In this document: positions 16,830-26,834 of the stretch, one piece after another
Position numbering within the stretch: position 1 is the first letter of the stretch
Layout of the letters: every line of letters begins with the position of its first letter
Origin: SAR202 cluster bacterium
Lineage (GTDB): Bacteria > Chloroflexota > Dehalococcoidia > Lucifugimonadales > UBA826
NCBI GenBank assembly: GCA_009392815.1
Contig: VFFS01000053.1
Coordinates: 7,216-71,215, forward strand
Direction: 5' to 3'
Length of the DNA: 64,000 bases
Notes under the pieces: model-generated
The model's database searches: none
Seen by the model: the letters and a program-made list of their open reading frames with translations, nothing else
Told to the model about the DNA's origin: nothing
Position numbers and translations under genes: made by a program

Positions 16830-18089
16830 TCAACCTATATAAGGGATTGTTTGAGGTCCTTCGGGGAGGACACAGACGGTATTTCCTTTGTCCTTCATCA
16901 ATTTGGACACTGTTTCAGATATATCATCGACTGGATGTAAATGAGCTTCTCTGATTTGGTTTGGTGTCAAGTTATCTGATTTCAGATATACATCAGATTT
17001 CATTTGTATCTGCGCTTGGATTTGCACTTGCCATTGGTCATGTCGGTCGTGACCCGGAGATTCAATTAAATCCAAGAGATCTTTAGGTGAATTTTTTGAG
17101 GACAGGAGTTCTTTGTAGAGTCCATGTTCTGGAATTCCGTCGGAGCATTCTGAAGCGCATATGATTCCTCCTCCGTCTCTAACAATTTGTGAGGCAGCAG
17201 AAATGCCTTTGACCGTTTGATAAAGATTCATGTCTAGTGGATACCCGCTATTAGTAGTTATCACTAAGTCAAATGGGTTATCAACTTTTTGCATTGCAGT
17301 ACTTTTTGCGAATCGGCACGCTGCTTTGTGCACATCGAACATGTCACCCGCGTATGCGCTTGTTATACCGTGATCCTTGTTTATTGTTACGTCGATACTA
17401 AAATCCGAAGGTGCGATTTTAGCTATTTCTCGGATAGAATCGTGAATTGGATTGCCTTCTGTAACTCCCCATTTGGAGTATGGACTAGCAATCATATCCG
17501 CATTATGAAGGTTCATAATTGTCTCGAACCCAGCTAGCCCCGGGGCGATCATTTTAGGGCCGCCACTGAAACCTGCGAAAAAATGTGGCTCGACGAAACC
17601 GGTTGTTATTTTGAAATCACATTCGAGCCAATCCTTATTTATTGATATGGGGATTCCTCTTGAAGTTTGTCCGACTGATCGAATGGTTTCTGTATTGAAC
17701 GCGTCATGGTTGACTATTCGGCAGCCGTAATTGATGACTTCTTTCCCGAGCATTGATTCCAACTCTGAGGCATCGTTTGCTCTATGTGTTCCTGTGGCTA
17801 TAAATATGGTTATATTATCTGGAGATAGATGAGAGAGTTCATTCAATATTACTGGAATGACACGGCTACTTGGCATGGGTCGGGTAACATCGCATACACT
17901 GATCCCAACAGTTTGGTCCTCAAGTACAGTTCTTCTCAAAGGTTTACTGTTCAATGGATTTCTAATTGCCGTCTTTAGTGCACCTATTTCATCAGGTAGG
18001 GCAGGCAGATAATCGGGTTCGATTACGACAACATTTTCTGGGAGTTCTACGCATAGCCCATTTTTGCCATAAGCGAGTTGGATTTTCAT
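16830..18089 (-). CDS. larA: LarA-family nickel-pincer-dependent 2-hydroxyacid racemase/epimerase homolog
   Basis: MKIQLAYGKNGL..., TRPMPS, ATGTHRAN, GFVEPHFFAGFSGGPK, NSGYPLDMNLYQTVKG and DQWQVQIQAQI match the LarA/DUF2088 family. An alternative GTG start at 18131 would overlap the upstream gene. Confidence 0.8.
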   Translation of the reverse strand: MKIQLAYGKNGLCVELPENVVVIEPDYLPALPDEIGALKTAIRNPLNSKPLRRTVLEDQTVGISVCDVTRPMPSSRVIPVILNELSHLSPDNITIFIATGTHRANDASELESMLGKEVINYGCRIVNHDAFNTETIRSVGQTSRGIPISINKDWLECDFKITTGFVEPHFFAGFSGGPKMIAPGLAGFETIMNLHNADMIASPYSKWGVTEGNPIHDSIREIAKIAPSDFSIDVTINKDHGITSAYAGDMFDVHKAACRFAKSTAMQKVDNPFDLVITTNSGYPLDMNLYQTVKGISAASQIVRDGGGIICASECSDGIPEHGLYKELLSSKNSPKDLLDLIESPGHDRHDQWQVQIQAQIQMKSDVYLKSDNLTPNQIREAHLHPVDDISETVSKLMKDKGNTVCVLPEGPQTIPYIG

Positions 18090-18097
18090 GATTGGGA

Positions 18098-19210
18098 TTA
18101 GTCTCCGGGATCTCTTAAAAGGGCTTCGCACAAGTGCGCTGCGTCAACCAAATCGGGTATGGTCACAAATTCTCTGACTGTGTGCATTCCGTGATCAGCC
18201 ATTCCAACCACAACCGAACTAATGCCGTTAAGTCGGAAGACATTTCCGTCCGTACCACCACCAGATGGTTTCATTGTGGGAGTTAATCCAATATTTGCCA
18301 GCGCTTTCTTTGTTCTTAAAGTGGCGGGATCGTCGTCTGTGAGAGTGTAGGTTTCGAATTCAGTGTGGAGATGATCGTCAAGCGATGCCTCAGGGTATAT
18401 ATCCTGTACTTCCTTAATCACGTCAGCAATTTGAACCCGAAGGCCATCTAGACTTTCTAGGCTGGTACTTCGAAATTCTCCTTTGATAATTGTATTTTCG
18501 GGAACAGCATTTCTAACGGTGCCCCCCTCTATATTCCCTATATTGAAGGTAGTGTTCTCGTCCAATCGCCCTTGTGGCAGCCTGGTTATTATCTCCGCAG
18601 CTATTCGTATTGCTGACAATCCTTTTTCAGGCTCTACTCCGGCGTGGGCAGCTCTGCCTGTAATTTCTATATCAAGGCCTATATATGTCGGGCTAGAAGC
18701 TGTGATCTGACTAACGGGGCCTTCGCCGTCAAATACGATCGCTTCTTTGGCGTTTATCAAATTGAAATCTAAGTTTCTTGCCCCGACTAAACCTATTTCC
18801 TCTTCTCTTGTAAATGCTAGTTCTACTGGTCGGTAGTCTCCGCCATCCTCTATCACTGACTCAAGAGCTTCCAAGATTGCGGAAACTCCAGCTTTGCAGT
18901 CGCCTCCTAGGATTGTTGTTCCGTCTGATACTATTTTGTCGCCGTCAATGCTGGGTTTGATTCCACGACCCGGCTCTACTGTGTCTAAGTGTGCGGACAA
19001 CAAAATCGGATTAGTTCTGCCGTCACCTGCAACCACATTTCCGTAAGAGTCTCTTTTTGTTTTGAAGCCAAGAGATTCCAGCCTTGTGATGATTTCCTGG
19101 GCCATCTCTTCTTCTTCCCCTGAGGGACTGTCAATACTAGCCAGATCACAGAATGTTTTTACTAAGCGGTTCCTATTGATCATGCGAAAAATTCTCCTGT
19201 TTAGTGACAC
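18098..19210 (-). CDS. M20/M42-family metallopeptidase (tripeptidase/PepT-like)
   Basis: 370 aa. SAHLDTVEPG metal-binding motif, REEEIGLVGA and GGGTDGN motifs typical of M20 peptidases. Confidence 0.8.
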   Translation of the reverse strand: MSLNRRIFRMINRNRLVKTFCDLASIDSPSGEEEEMAQEIITRLESLGFKTKRDSYGNVVAGDGRTNPILLSAHLDTVEPGRGIKPSIDGDKIVSDGTTILGGDCKAGVSAILEALESVIEDGGDYRPVELAFTREEEIGLVGARNLDFNLINAKEAIVFDGEGPVSQITASSPTYIGLDIEITGRAAHAGVEPEKGLSAIRIAAEIITRLPQGRLDENTTFNIGNIEGGTVRNAVPENTIIKGEFRSTSLESLDGLRVQIADVIKEVQDIYPEASLDDHLHTEFETYTLTDDDPATLRTKKALANIGLTPTMKPSGGGTDGNVFRLNGISSVVVGMADHGMHTVREFVTIPDLVDAAHLCEALLRDPGD

Positions 19211-19439
19211 TCATTCTATGATCCTATGTGGTAAACGTCTATCTTTATGAAGATGGAGACTATTTGAGTATCAGGACTTCTGAATATTTTGGCAATAGAT
19301 ATAAATAGGGTCTCTCATAAATAAAACTTATGTTTTGGCCGCCGCATATATTTTTGATTATATGAGCAATAATAATTACTTATAGTAGTCTATTACGGTT
19401 CCAATTCATTTATTCGTTTCGAAAGGTTGATTTCAAGCA

Positions 19440-20306
19440 ATGGTTAAAATTTTGTCGATTCTTAGTTTATTCCTATTGAGTGCATTAGTTCTTTTTGCAT
19501 GTTCGTCAGGTGATGAACCAAAAGAACCCTTTGTAATTGCAGGAATACCAGACCAGAATGTTTCGGATCTTACGCGTCGATATTCTGGGTTCACTAAGTA
19601 CCTCTCAGATGAGCTAGGAGTAGTTGTTGAATATTTACCAACTACGGATTATGCCGCAACTGTAACTGCGTTTTCTCGTGGGGATGTGCAAATGGCTTGG
19701 TTCGGCGGTTTAACCGGAGTACAGGCACGGTTGGCTGTGCCTGGATCTCAGGCAATAGCCCAAAGGGAAAGAGATACTAAATTCCATAGTGTTTTTGTTT
19801 TCAATAAGAATGTCGATGTAGTCACATTGCAAGATCTTAAAGGTCTACGATTTGCCTTCGGCAGCGAGAGTTCTACGTCTGGTCATCTTATGCCAAGGCA
19901 TTTCCTATCAGAAAACGGAATCGATGCAGACTCCGATTTTGACGGAGCTCCCATGTTTTCAGGATCTCATGATCAGACCTGGCTATTAGTGCAAGGAGGC
20001 GCAGCCGATGCTGGGGCACTCAGTGAAGCTGTTTGGCAAAAGGCAGTTTCCACTGGCAAGGTAGATGAATCAAAGATTGGAGTGTTTTATGTGACTCCCC
20101 CCTATTTTGACTATAATTGGACAATTCGTCCCGACGTTGAAGATAAATTTGGAAAAGGGTTTATTGAGATGTCAACTAGCGCCATTTTGGGGATCGATCG
20201 AGCAGACCTACTTGAACTGTTTTCGGCCAAGAAATTTATAGCTTCAGAAAATGGTAATTATGCCCAAATAGAAGATGTAGGAAGAAATTTGGGGATTTTG
20301 AAATAG
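19440..20306 (+). CDS. phnD: Phosphonate/phosphite ABC transporter substrate-binding protein
   Basis: Signal/lipobox-like N-terminus (LVLFACSSG). PhnD-family motifs YLPTTDYAATVTAFSRGDVQMAWFGG and SSTSGHLMPR. Confidence 0.85.
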   Translation: MVKILSILSLFLLSALVLFACSSGDEPKEPFVIAGIPDQNVSDLTRRYSGFTKYLSDELGVVVEYLPTTDYAATVTAFSRGDVQMAWFGGLTGVQARLAVPGSQAIAQRERDTKFHSVFVFNKNVDVVTLQDLKGLRFAFGSESSTSGHLMPRHFLSENGIDADSDFDGAPMFSGSHDQTWLLVQGGAADAGALSEAVWQKAVSTGKVDESKIGVFYVTPPYFDYNWTIRPDVEDKFGKGFIEMSTSAILGIDRADLLELFSAKKFIASENGNYAQIEDVGRNLGILK

Positions 20307-20314
20307 AGGGTGAT

Positions 20315-21061
20315 ATGACACTCGCCTACAGAATGAGCAACGTCAGTTTTGAACTAGGAGATACCAAGATAATTCAAAATGTGTCACTTTCGGTAGACTC
20401 TGGTGAACGAGTGGCGATACTAGGCGCTAGTGGGGCGGGTAAAACGACATTGCTACGCCTACTTGCTGCCCAGATAAAACCCAGTGCTGGAGATGTTTTT
20501 CTCCATAATGAGAATACTAGGAACCTGAATTCAGGGGCGGAGCTATCCGAGTATGTGGGCGTTATTAATCAACAATACGACCTTATTCAGGAACTTTCGG
20601 TGCGAAATAACGTATTGGCTGGAAATCTTGGCAGATGGAACATATGGAGGTCTATTCTGACACTGCTTTCCTCGATTGATTCGGATATAAGTGCGAGCGC
20701 CTTGGAAAGGGTTGGCTTATCCGATAAGACGCATCAACGCTTATCGCGGCTTTCTGGTGGTGAGCAACAACGAGTAGCGGTTGCAAGATTAATTGTTCAG
20801 GATCCTCTTATTATTATTGCTGATGAACCTGTGGCATCTTTGGATCCAACGAGAGCTTTTGAGATTATGTCTTTACTGGAAAATATTACGTCTCCTAGTA
20901 ATAAGACTTTAATAGCAGCTTTACATTCTTACGATTTAACGACCCAGTTCTTTGAACGAGTGATAGGTTTAAAAAGTGGAAAGGTTAGCTTTGACATGCG
21001 TGTAGATCACCTAACGAAAGTTGATCTGGAAAAATTGTATTCAGTTCACCCAACCGATTAG
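20315..21061 (+). CDS. phnC: Phosphonate ABC transporter ATP-binding protein
   Basis: Walker A GASGAGKTTLL, signature LSGGEQQRVAVAR, Walker B IIIADEP. Confidence 0.88.
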   Translation: MTLAYRMSNVSFELGDTKIIQNVSLSVDSGERVAILGASGAGKTTLLRLLAAQIKPSAGDVFLHNENTRNLNSGAELSEYVGVINQQYDLIQELSVRNNVLAGNLGRWNIWRSILTLLSSIDSDISASALERVGLSDKTHQRLSRLSGGEQQRVAVARLIVQDPLIIIADEPVASLDPTRAFEIMSLLENITSPSNKTLIAALHSYDLTTQFFERVIGLKSGKVSFDMRVDHLTKVDLEKLYSVHPTD

Positions 21062-21074
21062 GGGCGTAAGTATC

Positions 21075-21869
21075 GTGAATGTGGTCAGGAAGGTTATTAC
21101 TGGGAGGCCTGGTGTTGTCATTATTTTGACGACAGCTTTTCTTACTAGTGTTTACATTGCAGACTGGAACAGGGCTATTCCTAGAAGTTCTGGACTTTCC
21201 GGTATATATGAAATATTAAAGGGATTTTCGCAACCGGATTTTAGTCAGGAGTTTTTGATTGTAGCTGTACAAGCTACGTGGACGACCATTACGTTTGGTA
21301 CTTCGGCAATTTTTTTGGCACTTGTTATTGCAATTCCTGTTTCGTTTTTAGCGTCGGGCACGCTATTTAGATCCTTCGTCGTCCGGATAACTTCTGTTTC
21401 AGTGGTGCGCATGTTTCTTGCTTTGGTTCGCTCCATTCATGAGTTGATTTGGGCCTGGATATTGGCGATTCTATTTGGATTTAGCCCCATGTCGGGGGTT
21501 TTAGCTCTTGCAATCCCTTATGGTGCGATACTCGCCAGAGTATTTGCTGACTTTTTGAACGATGTTCCCCAACCTCCTTTGAGAGCTCTACAATCTTCGG
21601 GGGCTAGTAATATCCAGACCTTGTTATATGGAAGATTTCCATCGGCTTACAAGGATATGCTCAGTTACGGATTTTACAGATTTGAGTGTTGTCTCCGCTC
21701 TGCAGCCGTTCTTAGTTTTATAGGTTTGCAGGGGATCGGATACCAAATCGAAGTCTCTATGCAAGATCTACAATTCGGTCAAGTGTGGGTCCTTATTTAT
21801 TTTCTTATAGCGCTGATAGTTTCTGTAGATTGGTGGGGGTCAAAGCTCCGGAGGAGTTTGGCTGAATGA
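21075..21869 (+). CDS. phnE: Phosphonate ABC transporter permease
   Basis: Polytopic membrane protein with the PhnE-like motif RSIHELIWAWILA and LQSSGAS. Start is uncertain: the track gives 21021, overlapping phnC, and a GTG at 21075 avoids that overlap. Confidence 0.78.
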   Translation: MNVVRKVITGRPGVVIILTTAFLTSVYIADWNRAIPRSSGLSGIYEILKGFSQPDFSQEFLIVAVQATWTTITFGTSAIFLALVIAIPVSFLASGTLFRSFVVRITSVSVVRMFLALVRSIHELIWAWILAILFGFSPMSGVLALAIPYGAILARVFADFLNDVPQPPLRALQSSGASNIQTLLYGRFPSAYKDMLSYGFYRFECCLRSAAVLSFIGLQGIGYQIEVSMQDLQFGQVWVLIYFLIALIVSVDWWGSKLRRSLAE

Positions 21870-22708
21870 TGTATACCAAAATCTTTTCATGGCCTTTTTG
21901 CTCTTTCTTACTTTTTTGCTTTTTGGCGTTGACCTCGTGGACGATAGTTTTAAAAGACTCAGACCTATTAGAATTTTTTTCTGGGGGATCACTCAATGGG
22001 GTATTAGATAATTTCAGACATATCTATAATTCTCAAATTTCTGGTCAGTCTGATCCTGCTTTTCTGTCTTTTGAATCGTGGTACAGGGCAGTGTTTCTAA
22101 GTTTTCGGACTCTTTTGGTCAGTATTCTTGCCATCGGTCTAGCCGGATTTGTTGCTCTCCTAACTTTTGCATCTGGCTCAAGAAATTTGGCTATGGAGGG
22201 TAATTCTCCTATCAGAAGGCCGTTTTCAAGTCTTATATTCTATTTGTTGAGGGCCTTATATACCGTTACTCGAAGTGTCCCTGAGTTGATCTGGGCAATG
22301 CTTATAGTATTTACAATGCAAGCAGGGATCGTTGCTGGTGCATTAGCTCTTGCGATTCATAATTTTGGGATACTAGGAAGACTATGCTCTGAAGTTGTTG
22401 AAAATATGGACCAGCGAGCCATCCGGTCTCTACGATCATCCGGAGCTTCTTCTGCCCAAGTTGTTTTATATGGTGTTTTTCCAGATGTACTTCCACAACT
22501 CCTAACCTACATACTTTATCGTTGGGAAGTCGTTATACGAACAACTGTCGTTGTGGGATTTATTGCTGCTGAAGGACTAGGAAGACAATTAAGATTGAGT
22601 ATGAGTTGGTTCCACTACGATGAAGTGATTGTTTTACTTACCTGTTATGTAGCATTAGTGATTATGGTGGACATAGTATCCGGATTTCTCAGAAAAATGG
22701 CTGCTTAA
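21866..22708 (+). CDS. phnE: Phosphonate ABC transporter permease (second copy)
   Basis: Paralogous to the previous gene (RSVPELIWAMLIV, LRSSGAS). 4-nt overlap with the upstream permease. Confidence 0.8.
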   Translation: MMYTKIFSWPFCSFLLFCFLALTSWTIVLKDSDLLEFFSGGSLNGVLDNFRHIYNSQISGQSDPAFLSFESWYRAVFLSFRTLLVSILAIGLAGFVALLTFASGSRNLAMEGNSPIRRPFSSLIFYLLRALYTVTRSVPELIWAMLIVFTMQAGIVAGALALAIHNFGILGRLCSEVVENMDQRAIRSLRSSGASSAQVVLYGVFPDVLPQLLTYILYRWEVVIRTTVVVGFIAAEGLGRQLRLSMSWFHYDEVIVLLTCYVALVIMVDIVSGFLRKMAA

Positions 22709-22712
22709 ACGG

Positions 22713-24434
22713 TTAGAATGATCTAAATTTGTTTGCGACGGGCATTCTTCTGTCCCGTCCGAAGTTTCTCGGTGTTATTTTAATACCTGGAGGCGATTGC
22801 CGGCGTTTATATTCATTCCTGTCTACTAGTGCAATTATGTTGGCAACTGTTTCAGACTCAAATCCATCTGCAACTATTTCTTTAAAGCTACTATCACGTT
22901 CAACATAGGCTTCAAGAATGGGGTCTAAGATTTCGTAATCGGGAAGAGTATCGGTGTCTTTCTGGTCCGGTCGTAATTCGGCGCTTGGGGGTTTGTCAAT
23001 AACGGTTTGGGGTATCACAGCTGATGGAGAGGTTTCGTTTATGTGTCTACACAGGTCATAAACCATTAGTTTTGGAACGTCCTTTATTACGGAAAATCCT
23101 CCTGCCATATCCCCGTAAATCGTGGCATAACCAACAGACATTTCACTTTTGTTTCCTGTGGTAAGTACCATCCACCCGAACTTGTTCGACATGGCCATTA
23201 TTAGATTCCCACGTATTCTTGATTGTATGTTTTCTTCTGCTACTCCCCAATTGGTATCCCGAAACTGGTCTTTTAGAGCTAACTCCATTGAGTCAACAAT
23301 CTTACTTATCGGGATCGATTCAATTTGAATCCCAATGTTTTTTGCTAACTTTATCGCGTCCGTTTCACTTCCCACAGAAGAAAACGCTGAGGGCATTGAC
23401 ACTCCGACTACATTATTTGGGCCGAGAGCTTCTGCGGCTATAGCGGCGACTAGGCTAGAATCAATACCTCCTGAAAGAGCTATTAGTACCTTTTGGAAGC
23501 CACTTTTATTCACATAATCTCTTGTGCCGAGTACTAGGGCTTTTCTGACTTCTTCTATGTGCGATGAGGGTTTAATGTTTTTGGAACTAAAAGTTTTCTT
23601 GGGCTGGTTGGTTTCCTCACTTATATACTCATGAATAGGTTTACCTATATTCTCTAATCCATCCACTTGAAATTCTTGTGAATTCCTCTCACGTGCCTGT
23701 CTCAATGGAGTAATGTCAATATCACATATGACTAAGTCTTCTTCAAAAGATTTTCCTCTTGAAATAACTTTTCCTTCTGGATCTATGACTACACTGGATC
23801 CATCAAAAACTAGTTCGTCTTGACCTCCTACTTGATTTACATATGCGATAAATAGGCCGTGGTCTGTGGCCCTTTCTATTAACATTGATTCTCGATCTTG
23901 ACGCTTGCCTGCGTGAAAGGGAGAGCCATTTATATTTACAATGAGTTCAGCTCCTGCAGCTCGTTGTACTGTGGCGGGTCCCTTCGAATACCAAATGTCT
24001 TCACAAACATTTACTCCCACTTTTGTCCCATTGATTGTGAAGACAGCACAGGTGTTACCAGATTCAAAATAACGTTCTTCATCAAAAACGCCGTAATTTG
24101 GTAAGAAAATCTTCTTATGAGTTCCCTTCATGCATCCGTCACTGGCTATGGCAGCTGAGTTGTAGAGTTTGTCGTCTAATTCAACAAAACCAAAAATGGC
24201 GGTTATTCCATTTGCGTGGGCTGAAATTTCTGAGGAACATTTCATGTTCTCTTCAACAAACTGGTTTCGAAAAACTAGATCCTCTGGAGGATATCCCGTA
24301 ATTGCCAGCTCTGGGAACGCTATCAGGTCGACATCGAGGTCTTTGGCTTTATCTATATAGGATAATATTTTTGACGTGTTGCCACTTAGATCTCCAACAG
24401 CTGAATTGATTTGAGCTAAAGCGATTCTTATCAC
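22713..24434 (-). CDS. nadE: NAD+ synthase (glutamine-hydrolysing)
   Basis: 573 aa. N-terminal CN-hydrolase domain (FPELAITGYPPEDL, VCEDIW) plus a C-terminal NAD synthetase domain (ALSGGIDSS PP-loop). Confidence 0.92.
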   Translation of the reverse strand: MIRIALAQINSAVGDLSGNTSKILSYIDKAKDLDVDLIAFPELAITGYPPEDLVFRNQFVEENMKCSSEISAHANGITAIFGFVELDDKLYNSAAIASDGCMKGTHKKIFLPNYGVFDEERYFESGNTCAVFTINGTKVGVNVCEDIWYSKGPATVQRAAGAELIVNINGSPFHAGKRQDRESMLIERATDHGLFIAYVNQVGGQDELVFDGSSVVIDPEGKVISRGKSFEEDLVICDIDITPLRQARERNSQEFQVDGLENIGKPIHEYISEETNQPKKTFSSKNIKPSSHIEEVRKALVLGTRDYVNKSGFQKVLIALSGGIDSSLVAAIAAEALGPNNVVGVSMPSAFSSVGSETDAIKLAKNIGIQIESIPISKIVDSMELALKDQFRDTNWGVAEENIQSRIRGNLIMAMSNKFGWMVLTTGNKSEMSVGYATIYGDMAGGFSVIKDVPKLMVYDLCRHINETSPSAVIPQTVIDKPPSAELRPDQKDTDTLPDYEILDPILEAYVERDSSFKEIVADGFESETVANIIALVDRNEYKRRQSPPGIKITPRNFGRDRRMPVANKFRSF

Positions 24435-24555
24435 GACTGAATCTTACCTTCCCCGATTGTGTTCAAGCAGCAACGGAGCTATAGGAATATGTATATGCGA
24501 ATTCTAACCTTCGGAAGTTGGACTCGCCAGTTATAAGAGGATTTGAGACTGAAAT

Positions 24556-25728
24556 TTATGAGGAGTTGGATTCTACGAACTGTTTAATTCTAAATATTGC
24601 TTCTTGTAAGTTTTCAGTGGAATTGGCGAAGGAGAGTCTTATATATCCAGATCCGTATCTGCCAAAGGATTCTCCTGCGAGAACGGCAACTCCAGCTTCC
24701 TCAAGAAGCTTGTTGGAGAATTCTGCGCTTGACATGCCAGTACCATCGACCTTTGGGAAAGCATAGAATGCCCCTTTTGGAGTAGCACATTCAATGCCTT
24801 CTATTTCGTTTAGTCCAGCTACTACTATATCTCTTCTTTTTTTAAATTCCTCAACCATAGCTGAAGGTTTATCTTGTGAACCTACTAGAGCTTCGGCCGC
24901 AGCAATCTGGGTAAAGCTAGCTGTGCAGGAAACACTGTTTGTTACTAAGCGAGAGACTGGTTCGACTAATTCCTCAGGGAATAGTCCATAGCCGATTCTC
25001 CATCCTGTCATTGCATATGTTTTCGAGAATCCGTCCAAGATGATTGTACGGTCCATCATTCCTGGAAATGTAGCGATACTTCTATGGACCCCTTCATAGA
25101 GAAATCTGATGTATATTTCATCAGATAAAATCAGGATGTCGTTTTCTCTTGCTAGTATGGCTAGCTCACTTAACTCTTCCTCCCCGATGATGCTGCCACA
25201 TGGGTTGTTTGGAGAGTTGATTATCATCAACTTGGTATTGGGTGTTATCTGCTTCTTGACCTCTTCAACATTTATGTTGAAATCCTTGTCGCCATGTAAT
25301 TGCATGGGGACAGCGGTTCCACCGCAAAATTCAATCATCGATTCGTAGATTGGAAATCCTGGATTTGGGTACAGGACCTCGTCTCCACTCTCTATCAATG
25401 CCATAATTACAAAAAACATGATAGGTTTCCCGCCAGGGGTTATGACGATGTTGTCACCGCTTGCCTCGATACCTCTGGATTTAGATATCTCCTTAGCCAC
25501 TACATCCCTCAGATCTCCATAACCCTGAGACGGGTTGTATGAAGTAAATCCATCCTGTAGTGCCTTACGACCAGCTCTGACGATATTTTCTGGCGTCTCG
25601 AAGTCTGGTTCCCCAATTTCGAGGTGTATTATGTTTTTCCCTTGAGCCTCTAGTTTCTGGGCTTTTGCGAGAACCTCAAATGCTGTTTCAGTGCCGAGCC
25701 GGCTCATTCTCTGGGCCAGTTTAATCAA
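24556..25728 (-). CDS. Class I/II pyridoxal-phosphate aminotransferase (aspartate aminotransferase-like)
   Basis: 390 aa. NPNNPCG, SDEIY and the FSKTYAMTGWRIGY PLP-lysine motif. Confidence 0.88.
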   Translation of the reverse strand: MIKLAQRMSRLGTETAFEVLAKAQKLEAQGKNIIHLEIGEPDFETPENIVRAGRKALQDGFTSYNPSQGYGDLRDVVAKEISKSRGIEASGDNIVITPGGKPIMFFVIMALIESGDEVLYPNPGFPIYESMIEFCGGTAVPMQLHGDKDFNINVEEVKKQITPNTKLMIINSPNNPCGSIIGEEELSELAILARENDILILSDEIYIRFLYEGVHRSIATFPGMMDRTIILDGFSKTYAMTGWRIGYGLFPEELVEPVSRLVTNSVSCTASFTQIAAAEALVGSQDKPSAMVEEFKKRRDIVVAGLNEIEGIECATPKGAFYAFPKVDGTGMSSAEFSNKLLEEAGVAVLAGESFGRYGSGYIRLSFANSTENLQEAIFRIKQFVESNSS

Positions 25729-25905
25729 GAGAAATCTCCGTTCTATTAGTGATTCATGGAAGTATACAACGCAAATAGACCACTAAACCACATGTGCTAA
25801 TGTCCTATCACTGTTTCTCCGCCCGTCCGGAACCTGTGCTACTATTTTTTTGATTCGTGAATTTGTTGGTCCGGGTTTGCATTCTGGTAGAGGTTTTTCA
25901 TAACT

Positions 25906-26823
25906 ATGAAGGTGTACTTAGGTGTTCCAAGGGGGTTTTGTGCTGGGGTTGTCAGAGCTATTGACTTGGTGGAACTTGCCCTTGAAAAATATGGGGCACC
26001 CATATACGTGAAGCACCAGATTGTTCACAATCCCCATGTGGTAGCAGATCTTGAGGATAAAGGTGCAATAACGGTTGAGGATGTGGATGAAATTCCTAGA
26101 GGGTCTCGAGTTGTTTTCTCAGCTCACGGTTCACCACCATCAGATTTTCAGAAGGCTAAGAAACGAAATCTGGAGGTAGTAGATGCTACCTGCCCTCTAG
26201 TGATAAAAGTCCATAATGAAGCTAAGAAATACTCTAGGGAAGGTCGTAAATTAGTTCTTGTTGGCCACAGAGGACATCAAGAGGTAAAGGGCACGATGGG
26301 GCAGTCAGATATGGAGTTAGTGGATGACAGAGAGAGTGGTCCCAGTCTCGGGTGGGATAAAGACACTCCGGTTGCAATTTTAACTCAGACTACCTTGTCT
26401 GTTGATGACACCCAACGCTCCATTGACACTATCAAGGATTCATTCAATGATGTTTTGGTTCGTAATGACCTATGTTACGCAACAACGAATAGGCAAAATG
26501 CAGTGAAGGCAATATCTGATCATGTGGATCTTTTCTTGGTTATTGGGGCTAGCAATAGCTCTAATTGCAATAGACTGAGGGATGTTGCCGAAAGTAGGGG
26601 AGTGAATGCCTACTTAATTAATGGAGTGGAGGAACTTAACTTTGATTGGCTTCGAGATGTGGAAAATGTAGGTATAACATCGGGAGCATCTACCCCTGAC
26701 ACGCTTGTTCAGGAGATTATTGAGAAGTTAATGCCTGAAGAGGTGATTCCTATGGGTGGTGAAGAAGAAAACATAACATTCACTCTTCCATTGGAATTCA
26801 GAGAATTTGTAAAGGACCAATAA
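25906..26823 (+). CDS. ispH: 4-hydroxy-3-methylbut-2-enyl diphosphate reductase
   Basis: PRGFCAGVVRAI, DATCPLVIKVH, VGHRGHQEV, NDLCYATTNRQ: the three conserved Cys regions of IspH/LytB. Confidence 0.92.
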   Translation: MKVYLGVPRGFCAGVVRAIDLVELALEKYGAPIYVKHQIVHNPHVVADLEDKGAITVEDVDEIPRGSRVVFSAHGSPPSDFQKAKKRNLEVVDATCPLVIKVHNEAKKYSREGRKLVLVGHRGHQEVKGTMGQSDMELVDDRESGPSLGWDKDTPVAILTQTTLSVDDTQRSIDTIKDSFNDVLVRNDLCYATTNRQNAVKAISDHVDLFLVIGASNSSNCNRLRDVAESRGVNAYLINGVEELNFDWLRDVENVGITSGASTPDTLVQEIIEKLMPEEVIPMGGEEENITFTLPLEFREFVKDQ

Positions 26824-26834
26824 AAGGATATTTC

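Noticed and set aside
19211-19439. Pho box upstream of phnD
   Set aside because: No direct repeats resembling CTGTCAT-type Pho boxes are visible. The lineage-specific motif is unknown, so nothing can be called.
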